Below the pieces are notes generated by a model. It made no database searches and had not been told where the DNA came from. It saw only the letters and a list, made by a program, of their open reading frames with translations. The position numbers were made by a program, and so were the translations under genes. From positions 84,484 to 148,483 of the forward strand of contig MU619284.1 in the NCBI GenBank assembly GCA_025201805.1: a stretch of DNA of 64,000 nt, written 5' to 3'. The stretch's first letter is position 1. Every line of letters begins with the position of its first letter. Shown here piece after piece: positions 53,762 through 64,000 of the stretch. This DNA comes from Parasitella parasitica NRRL 2501. Taxonomy: Eukaryota; Fungi; Mucoromycota.

Positions 53762-54779
53762 ATGTCAGCCCCACCTTACCATCACCATGGTGATTATGAC
53801 ACATCTTCACCTCCACCCTTACCACACCATATTGAAACACACCGAGACTCCACGGATCGCTATCCTATGAATGATATTCCTGTCAATTCGCCTTCACCCT
53901 ATCCAGCGTACGATCAACAACATAACGGCTCGTTGGCAGCTATGCAAACTCCACCTCCACATCGCCATAGCGATCAATCGGACATGAAGTTTATGGATCA
54001 TTACGACTCTGACGATGATTTGGAAAAGATTATACCTCGTGAAAAAAAGAAGAGATCTTGCATGGACAAGCTCTGCTGTGGTTGTTGTACTTGTTGTCCT
54101 AAATGGGCCCGTTGGTGTAGTTGCATAATTTTGATCATCATTGTCATTCTTGCCATCATTATTGGCGTGTTTGCTGCGTTGTTCAAGGTGCCAGATGTTC
54201 AATTCACTGGGCTTAAACAGGACCCTGTTTATGCATATGCTAACAATGTGCTCAGTATGACTTTTGATGTTGGCATCAGCGTAGATAATCAGAATTTCGA
54301 AAGTATTACATTCGAGACTATCAAGGCAGACGTAAGTGGAATGGCTGAATGCGTAACGGGGGGCTTGTGCTAAGTATCTGAATGCAGGCTTATTATCCTT
54401 CGCCTTATAATGTGTATATTGGCGGCGGTAACATCACGGATACACATATCGCTTCATATGCCATGACAAACATTACCTTCCCCTTTGCAGTCAAAGTAAA
54501 TTCATCGGATCCAGGACAACAAGGTGTATTAATGGATTTGGTTACCCGATGCGGTCTTGATGGAAGCGCACCACGAAACATTAATTTTGATTATTACATC
54601 TATCCTACTGTTCGTGTTGCTGGTATTGCTATCACACCTAAGATTTCTAAATCGATGTCGCTTGCATGCCCGGTATGTATTATTAATATAACTCCTTGTT
54701 TTTATTGATTCCATTAACAACTTTTTGCAAATAGACTGCTGAATTGAGCCAGTTGTTAGGCGGTGTATTCACAAAATGA
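53762..54779 (+). CDS. Single-pass membrane protein with a Cys-rich juxtamembrane segment and an LEA_2-like luminal domain; 2 introns
   Basis: CCGCCTCCP followed by a TM helix, KVPDVQFTG, ISVDNQNFESITFETIKA, IGGGNI and NITFPF. Confidence 0.7.
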
Positions 54780-55518
54780 TCAAGCCCTCACAAATAAACC
54801 ATGTATATCAGTGTAACAATATTTAGTTGTTTTATTCGAATCAGTAAACATGTCTGTAATATGGCATAATTCTAAGCTTGATTATGGTGGGGTGGCTTTT
54901 TGAAATGTAACCCACTAGGCCTTGTATGAAATAGTATCTTTTAACCTTTTTTTTTTTTTTTTGGCCGAGATCACATTATGCAGCATCAGAATAGGCCCTA
55001 TCCTGAGGCCTCTGTCGACACAAATGTGGTCGTTTAATGATAAACAAAAAAAAATAGGAAGCACTAGGCTAAATGATTTCCCATATTGCAATAATGTCAG
55101 GAATAACAATTTTCTGGCTTATTAAAATAAGCTCTAAATTACAATACCTGTGTACCAGAGCTGATCCAAGTAGGGAGGAAGATGAGAGATAATAGATGGA
55201 GAGCATGTGATATATACATCGTCTTTACATACCTAGATCTGGTTGTTGTTTGTATAGTCGTTCCTACCAAAGCTAACTCATCAGACCATTTCCGTTGTCT
55301 GCTTTGGTAATTCGGCATATATCTTACTTGAGTAAAGCATGATCGTCGTTTGGGAACAATTATTTGTCCGTTTCGAACAAGCATAATCGGTTTCTTGAAT
55401 TGCACGATGAGCACGTCATTATATTCAGGATAATCATAACTTGAATTTGATGCGTTTTTCATACGTATAATTTTAAAATGTAGAGAAATGAACAGACTAT
55501 TTATTTCTTTACATGCAA

Positions 55519-56043
55519 CTAATACTTATTCTTTAATGCGATTTCACGCAATCCGTTGAGCCAGTCTTGGTGGCCGTTCAACATGGGATTAGGGTTAGCC
55601 TTTGCCAGATCAGCAGCGGGCTTACCAATTTGAGATTCTTGAGTCAAGATACGTACCCGACCACCATCAAGGTCCTCTAACAGCCAAGCATGCAAAACAT
55701 CCAACTTTTCATCAGGAGAGCCATCTTGCTTGGCAGTCCAAGATAGCCGAGCAGCTTGACCCTTTATCGGAGCAACAAATTATGTCACCTTTGCACTTAA
55801 AGGAGGGAAGCCGAATGTGCTAAAGCTAAAGTCGAGGTCAGCAGCGAGCTCTGGCCCTCCGCCTTGAGGGAATGTAATATCCGATGCATCCTTGTAGTAT
55901 TTGGTCCAGTGTGTAGTGTTGGCTAAAAATGGCCAGACATCGTTGACAGAGAGACCCTTCACAATGATTTCATTAGAGACAAAATTGTCAGTTAAGCCAG
56001 GTGTGTATTTCTCGGGCCAGTGAATTGCGGATTGATTTGCCAT
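55519..56043 (-). pseudogene. SRPBCC/START (polyketide cyclase/dehydrase-like) protein with one in-frame TAA at 55780-55782
   Basis: The two listed ORFs share one frame: AIHWPEKYTPGLTDNFVSNEIIV...FSTFGFP..KVT*FVAP...LDVLHAWLLEDL.GGRVRILTQESQIGKPA..PNPMLNGHQDWL; intronless. Confidence 0.75.
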
Positions 56044-56559
56044 TATGCAGTTTAAATGATTAAAGATGTAAAATAAAAGAAAGCCAAGGTTTAATGTTCA
56101 TTATATATACACGTTTTTTATGCCATTATTAATCAATTTAGTTTCACTGATCTTGTTTCGGAATACAGTGAGATCATGTACTCACTGTATCTGCATAACG
56201 ACTCAAAAAGATTAAATAACCATATCCAATCAGAAAATAGAATACCCATTGGCTGATATGGTTTTTGAGTTACTGAAAATGGATAAACTTCCTGAGAGGA
56301 AAAGATTAAACTAAATTTGGGTATACACCTTTGATAAGTGTCACAGACTCGTTAAGTTTCGAAGAAACCCTCCCAGAGAAAGACAAGTGCAATTGGATTG
56401 GGGTTTTATGATATTTTAATAGACGTTTAAAAACAAACTCATCATATGTCATTCAAAGAGCTTTTTGGGAGATCTCTTTCTGCGCTAGCCTAGAACATGG
56501 TGTTCTTATATATAAGACTAAATCCTATTAGTCATCTTTGTTACCGAGTGTTTCATGAA

Positions 56560-57400
56560 GGTTTTTCAAGGCGCTGCTAATGATCTCCTACTCCAAGTAC
56601 ATTAGTGCTATACCTAGAAAACGTGTTAAAAAGCATTGCCATGATCTGATCGAGCTTCTCCATTATGGTGAGCAAAAGCGAAATATTATCAGTTGCTTTC
56701 TAATGAAGTTAAACTCGCTTATCTTCATCATTCTGTATTGGCAATTATATTTAAGATCTATTTTAAATGCTGTTGCTACATGATTTAATATATATATTTT
56801 AATGATAATATGGTAGCTTCTACGAATATACTCATCTTTTTTAACGACTTCTGGGTTGGCAACCCTTTGTAATATGAGCTTATTGATACAAGTTTGCATT
56901 TTTTTACCCAGTTTTATTAAATCAGACTCATAACTCTATTGGTAATGGATTTTCTTTTTCTTGACTTCAACAAAACAAAGCATGAAAGTAATTAATGAAT
57001 AGGGTTAAAAAAAAAAACGTAATCAGGCATCGTTAACTGACTCGAAGAAAATTATAGAGGAGAAAGTAGTAAATCTTAAAAATAAAAAATGGATACAAAT
57101 TAAAGTCTACTCATGCATTCTTGCCACTCGTATTTTGCTCCAGTTAGCCGTGAAGTCCAGCAATGTAATAAAAATGGCCGCAACAACTCAATGATTTGGT
57201 TGGCTTCATCTTCTTGTCTATTTAGATATTTGTTGAAAATTTGAGGAATAATACCGCACAAAGGTATCCAAGATGACACAGCAAAAATGGTCAAAGGCGG
57301 TTCGACTTCAGAGTGTTTTCTCGAATTCATAAAGCAGATCATTGCAAGTCTGGATAGAAGTAATGCAGCCACTCATTACTTCATAATGAACAATGTTCGT
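56560..57400 (-). pseudogene. Degenerate PD-(D/E)xK nuclease-like gene of a Mucorales expanded family (CRN/REase-like)
   Basis: Ordered remnants IIELLRPF..KYEWQE, MPDYVF (~57022), FVEVKKK (~56960) and YESDLIKLGKKMQTCINKLILQRVANPEVV, with stops and frameshifts. Confidence 0.5.
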
Positions 57401-60010
57401 AAAAATATCGCTGAATTGATAAAATAAATATGTTAGATGTGAAACAAGGCATTATGTTCACTTTTTGCCAGGATAAAGTCCATTTTAAAAAAACCCTATT
57501 AAAGAGTGCTTCTCTAAATTATATTTCCATATTTAGAGAAAAAGAGTAGCTGCTTTTGTTTTATTTATATAGTGAAAATACAAAGAGAATGTATTGTGAA
57601 ATAAGCTATCTTTAAAACTGAGGTAGCATTCAAAAAAAGTTACTATGATTCTGGGTGCAAGTGTATCCGTTAACTTTGGATCAAAAACCTTTAAATGGAT
57701 TCAGGAACGGAAAACAAAATTGAAGATAAACATATTTATGTCCTTAGAATTTCTTAAATTTCTATACAGATGAATTTTTATGAATGGGTGTATTATCCTG
57801 ATGACAGATCGTTTCCTTATCTCTGGCATTCTCTTAAACCGTCAATTGATCTGGCGTCTTCTAGTGTAGAAGGCCTTGCCGGACAAGTACCAAGCAGTAT
57901 CCAGTTGCACAGCCAAACAGCTAGTCAAACCTGTGTCATCTTTTTCATAATATTGGAATGCTTCGAAAGTGTGTGTCTTTGCGTAGATTTTAGGCGCCTG
58001 ATTTTTTTTTTTATTTTTGGTCTACGCGAACTTTAGTGTGTTATTGTCAGAAAAAAGATAAAAACTGTAAGAAAACAATATTTAGCGATTTTGAGCACAA
58101 AAAAAAAGTAATTCCAAGTAATGCATTAGACTATAAGGCACCTTTTTATTGCACATTTGCATAGTTTAGAGTAAGTTATTGTACTTTTTAAGTTGACATC
58201 TGATGAAGACAGCGGCTTTTTTTTACTTTTTTCGGAAAAGCATTTTTCAAAATCGGAGCGTGAGATCGTCAGGCCAAGTACAGACATGCAAGTGCTACCA
58301 TTGGAAAGCCAAGAAGCACATCATTTAAATAATCTAAGTTATAACTATTTTAATTTTGAATTGGATAACCTATGGCTTTTCAAGCTAATGCTTTCTTGAA
58401 AAAACACCATCTTTCTTTGATAGCGGAGATTAAACGCTTCCAAAATTAGGAAGGAAAAATTCTTTCAGAAACTTTATTTGGACAATTAGAAAACAAAATT
58501 ACTTCTTTGAGGCAAAATATCATCTTCTGATACTATGCATACCACTGGTGGCAATCTATGATAATATCTGTATTTTTGGGCGCTCTACACGATGGTATCA
58601 TTTCATAATTCCCCTATGCTTATGAAAGGAATTCTGCTGAGAAAACCTCAAAAACAGATCAAGAGGGAAAAGTCAATATTTTGCTTAATCAGAGCGCATT
58701 TCCAGTCTTTCAGATTAAGGAATGGTCTTTTACGATCATTTTCTTCTAATATATGCTGTAGTAAAAAGTTGCAATTTTAGGGTCAAAACCGATGATAATG
58801 CATAATCGATGATTTTAGATGGGTGGATACAAGGAAAAAATCGAAAAAATCGGTGATTTTGCATCGAAAAAAAAAATCATGCCCAAATTGCACCAAAATC
58901 ATATATAATATAGTCTTTTCCCAATGGATACTATTCCTGGTGTTTTCAGGGCACTTTTAATAAAAAAATAAAGTATAGAATCCGAATTAGACCGTTAAAA
59001 AAAATGTTGATTATGAAATCAGCCAAAAAAATGTTTTAAGCTGTAAAAAATATCTATCTAGAGATGATAGTTTAGTTCAAAAACCTATATGCAGTTCTTT
59101 GGACTTGTTTAAATATTTGACCTTGTTCAGATGTCAATCTTCAGCATGTAAAAAGTCTTGTTCTCGATGCTGCACATATTACCCTTCGATCTCTGATTCC
59201 CACAAATGTATCTACTTTACAATCACATGCAGAATTTACCTCAAAAGTTTTGTCAAGCACTGCTATTTACCAGCAAATAGGACTTACTGATAAAGATCTG
59301 GCAAACATTAGATAAAATCTAGGCACCTCGAATGCATGCTTTTCAATGAGAAGCTATGGTAAATACCAGATCGTCCCAACTAATGGCGCAAGTGGTAATT
59401 TTAATAAGCTATGAAGCAAGATTTGCTGTAAAAATGACTCGCTGACTTGTAACTTGTTGCAAAAAACGACTCAAACTGGATGCTTCATATGATGAACTAA
59501 TGAGAGTTTACTAGTTTATATTTGATGCAAAAAACAAAAACAACCCTTGTTTTCAGTGTAGGTCGATGGGGTGAAGCAAAGATGCAAGTAATTGCGGTGA
59601 TATTTATTTTGTAATGATGAATTAAGCAAGTTTCAAGCTGTTTTCAAAGGAGTTTTGCCAAGAATAAAAGACAAAAGGCTACCAAAAAAAGAGCATGACC
59701 TAACGGATCTATATACTTTTAGTCAAGGCAGTATATGCTTTTCCGCAAGAATGATAGGCAAACACTCAAAACAAGGTGACGTATTCCTACGTTTCAAAAG
59801 CAATCTTTTGCACACTTTAGTCCGAAGATTTTCGAAACAACGTTTGTGAGTTCCCCTTGACACACTTTTTTCTTTTTTCTCTTCTACATTTATTACTTAT
59901 ACCTTGTCTTTTTCTCTACACATAATAAGGTAAGAGCTAGATGAGACACTATACACATTTGGCAAAGAAAGCGGATATGCTGACTATTTCTTCACTTTAT
60001 AGAATTTAAA

Positions 60011-62366
60011 ATGGTTGGTTATCACTTGGCATCGAAAGTTGGCGTTTATGTGCACAATATATTAACATGCAAGATAGGCTGGAGCACTTGAAAACGCACA
60101 AAGAGACATGCGCAAGATTAGAGACCATGAACGCGAGTCAGATTTCGGTTCCGTCTTCTCCGTATCTGGTCCTGGTAAGATAGCGCCTAAGCATGTCATG
60201 TGTATACACATATTCATCATTTGAAATCCATTCTAGTCGTTATAGCAGAAAACATGCGTGGTTCTGCCATGTACGAGTTGGTATGTTGAGGCTGATGCAA
60301 TGCATCATATATCATTAAAAGTCAAATAATTTACATGAACGACATAAAGGTCCGTGTTGGTCACAATGAACTTGTTGGTGAAGTTATCCGTATCGACGGT
60401 GACAAGACAACTATCCAAGTCTACGAAGAAACTGGTAACTGGATCTCTCTTTTTTTTTATTTTTTATCAAAGTGTTTCAGATATTAACCCTTAATTGTTT
60501 AGGTGGTTTAACTGTTGGTGATCCCGTCTTGAGATCTGGCAAGCCTTTGTCCGTTGAGCTTGGTCCTGGTAAATGAACAAAACCCGTATCTGTACGCGTT
60601 TGATGTGTTTCTTACTGACGATTGCACATGAACCATTTAGGTCTTATGTCCAACATCTATGACGGTATTCAGCGACCGCTCAAGGTAAATAGAAAAATAG
60701 TGCAGACACAAACAAATAAATAACACAACATACCTCACAGGCTATTCAAGAGACTTCCCAAAGTATCTATATTCCCCGTGGTATCTCCACTCCTGCTTTG
60801 GACATATGCTTCAGCTGGAGCTTTGAGCCTACCAACTTCAAGGTACGATATGCAGAGAAAGGACGAGGGAATTGGATCTAACAGTCTGCAATAGGTTGGT
60901 GATCATATTACCGGTGGCGATATTTACGGTAAAGTCTATGAAAATTCTCTTGTCGTTAATCACAGCATCATGTTGGCTCCTGGAAGCCGTGGCACTATCA
61001 CCCACATTGCACCCAAGGGCAACTACACTCTGGACGATGTTGTTCTTGAAACTGAATTCGATGGTGTTACTACCAAGCACACGATGAAGCAACTCTGGCC
61101 TGTTCGTAACCCTCGTCCTGTCGCTGAAAAGTTATCTGCCAACCATCCTTTATTGACCGGTCAGCGTGTCTTGGATTCCCTCTTCCCTTGCGTTCAAGGT
61201 GGTACTACTGCTATTCCCGGTGCTTTTGGTTGCGGCAAAACTGTCATCTCTCAGTCTCTTTCAAAGTACTCCAACTCTGATATTATCATCTACGTTGGTT
61301 GTAAGTATTAGCATGCAATCGTTTGTCATTATTTACTGATCTGAGCCATGTAGGCGGTGAGCGTGGTAATGAGATGGCTGAAGTATTGATGGATTTCCCT
61401 GAACTCTCCATCGACATCGATGGCCGCAAGGAATCCATCATGAAGCGTACAACCTTAGTTGCCAATACTTCCAACATGCCAGTAGCTGCTCGTGAAGCTT
61501 CCATCTACACTGGTATTACCCTTTCTGAATATTTCCGTGATATGGGTAAAAACGTTGCCATGATGGCCGATTCGACATCTCGCTGGGCCGAAGCTCTTCG
61601 TGAAATTTCAGGTCGTCTTGCTGAAATGCCTGCCGATTCAGGTTATCCTGCTTACCTCGGTGCTCGTCTCGCGTCTTTCTACGAACGTGCGGGCAAAGCT
61701 ACTTGCCTTGGTAACCCTAGTCGTGATGGTTCCGTTACTGTTGTCGGTGCCGTCTCTCCTCCCGGTGGTGATTTCTCTGACCCTGTCACAGCTTCCACTT
61801 TGAGTATTGTTCAGGTTTTCTGGGGTCTCGATAAGAAACTCGCTCAGCGCAAGCATTTCCCTTCGGTGAACTGGAACTTGTCCTACTCCAAATACATGAA
61901 GGTTCTTGAGCCTTACTATGAAAAGAACGATCCTGAATACATCCAGCTCCGTGACAAGTGTAAGGAGATTCTTCAAATGGAAGAGAATCTCTCTGAAATT
62001 GTGCAGCTTGTTGGTAAGTCTGGCTTGAATGAAAGTGACAAGATCACTCTGGAAGTTGCTCAAATTATCAAGGATGATTTCCTTCAACAAAACGGTTACA
62101 GTGACTATGATCGTTACTGTCCCTTCTTCAAGACCACATGGATGTTGCGTAACATGATTGGCTTCTATGAAAAGGCTACACATGCTGTTGAGTCATCAAA
62201 CAACCAAATCACTTGGGCCAAGATCCGTGAATCAATGGGTGACATCCTTTACAAGTTAGCTTCCATGAAGTTTGAGAACCCTGCTGATGGTGAAGACGTC
62301 CTTGTTGAAAAGTATAGTGCTCTTTACAAGGAAATTGAAGCTAAATTCAATGATCTCGAAGCTTAA
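60011..62366 (+). CDS. VMA1: V-type H+-ATPase catalytic subunit A, no intein, many introns
   Basis: [19 protein letters not shown]-loop [12 protein letters not shown]|[27 protein letters not shown] and [14 protein letters not shown]. Confidence 0.98.
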
Positions 62367-63302
62367 TATGTTCTTTTATCAACTTTTGTTCCTTATATTC
62401 TCTCACTCTTTTTTTTTTTGATCTCCATAATAAAAATAAAATACATGCATTTTCTTTTTATTGCACATGTTCTTAGTAAGCAATTTTCAGTTAGCAAGAT
62501 CCTCTTTTGTTTTCCAGATACAATCGCAAAGAGAGTTCTGGCGTCCCCAATTTCGTCTATTTTTCTGCATACCGCGTTAAGGGCTGCTTACTTTACTTGC
62601 CTAACAGAAGGGCGAACGCGTAATATAATTTTGGGAATTTCAGACAGTTGGAAGATTTGAATCGAGACAAGGCTACAACGCATGGCATTCATGTTTTCCA
62701 AATTTATTCATCTTGCAGCTCTAATATGATCATCTGGATTTAATTGGCTAGTTTGGCATTTGGAATCAAAGAGCTGTCAGATCAAAAAAATTGTTGCTAG
62801 CGATCAAGAGAGCGATACATGATTAACAAAGTCATATTTTTCATTCTCAAATGCTTGCTTCCAATACCTGCAGTGCAAATCTAGTTTTGAAACAAAAGGT
62901 TTATTCCACATTTTGTACAAACATGACATATAAATAACTCTGTTTAAGGGTTTTAAGGAGTGTATGTTATGGAGTATGGCTCGAAGACATAAGTAATGAA
63001 ATGCTTTCATGAAAGCTAATCAATATTCCACTTTAAACGGCACCATTCCCAACTGAATTCATGTGATCTGATCGAGTTATTTTACTACTTTTGCTATTTC
63101 ATACCCCTCCCCCCCCCCCCTCGCAAGTGGTTCGATATTGTTGTTGGACAGAGAAGGCAATAGGGATGTTACCAATAAGGTCTTCTTTCAACTGCCTAGT
63201 CACGTGTAGCGGTATACTTGCACACTATGGCTACGGCCGTTCCCTTTTAATTTCTTTTCCCCATTTTCTCTCTTATTTCAAGCATTTGGAGAGATAGTAA
63301 AT

Positions 63303-64000
63303 ATGGCTTCTGCCGCAAATATTCTTCAACGACAATTTAAAGGTAATAATATCAATGTCTGTCTTCGAAACAAAGTGGTTAACAAGAAATCTCAGAGCTA
63401 TCACGAAATCCTGTCCCAGGATTTGCTGTTGATTTAAAAGAGGACAACATCTTTGAGTGGTAAGGTTTATTCAAAATACATGGAATTGTTCTAACATAAA
63501 AGTGGGAAAGGGAGGTCGCACTTATTGGCTCACCAAAAACAATATACGAGGGCGGCTATTTCAAGGTAAAACAGCATATTATAAACAGGAAGAAAAACGA
63601 GCAAAACATAGTAAACAACGTAGGCTACAATGGCTTTTCCTGTTGACTATCCATTCAATCCGCCCACATTTCGATTCAACAATACGTTTTATCACCCTAA
63701 TGGTAAGTAATTGACATTTCTACTCCTCAGCTATTCGCTGTGTCCCCCTTCCCCTTTTTTGCTCCTTGTTGTTCTTATGGATCTCTCTTAGTTTACCCTG
63801 ATGGGAGACTTTGTATTTCTATCCTTCATCCTCCTGGAGAAGATCCAGTCAGTGGCGAGAAAGCAGAGGTATGTTGCTACAGCTAATTATCGCTACAAGT
63901 TTTGTAACGTTTTTTGTTATTCAGGAACGCTGGAATCCAACACAGGTAAATTAGAAAAGGCCATTAAATTATTAGGTGTTGATCAGATATTTTGTTTGTA
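63303..64000 (+). CDS. CDC34: Ubiquitin-conjugating enzyme E2, Cdc34/UBE2R type (3' end outside the window)
   Basis: Exons give YEGGYFK|ATMAFPVDYPFNPP..FYHPN|VYPDGRLCISILHPPGEDPVSGEKAE|ERWNPTQ, including the acidic loop. Confidence 0.8.

Noticed and set aside
61200-61400. VMA1 intein / homing endonuclease
   Set aside because: Only a 53-nt GT-AG intron interrupts this site

Overview
This is AT-rich, intron-rich fungal DNA: ~50-75 nt GT-AG introns, CTAAC/CTAAT branch points, and protein families consistent with a Mucorales genome. It holds about 25 genes, mostly housekeeping: ITPK1, RPS4, MMSDH, GGA, DSC3, DFG10, RSM19, LYS2, KEI1, a PXA/PX sorting nexin, a CAP protein, homocitrate synthase, SAM50, an Slt2-type MAPK, Kin1, a DASS transporter, PAN5, an LEA_2 protein, VMA1 and a partial Cdc34-like E2. 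The most striking feature is near the window centre. A decayed, intron-containing Fanzor (eukaryotic TnpB) C-terminal fragment lies at ~31030-31745, and its last 408 bp are duplicated as an apparently perfect inverted repeat (30615-31022 / 31417-31824), giving a 1.2-kb fold-back. Other accessory features are three intronless secreted BP74-like genes (one a recombinant of the other two), a bacterial-type SRPBCC gene with one in-frame stop, a secreted Cys-rich precursor with Kex2-type sites, a Tc1/mariner relic and a PD-(D/E)xK nuclease-like pseudogene. All family calls come from motif recognition by eye; no searches were run. Gene coordinates span introns.
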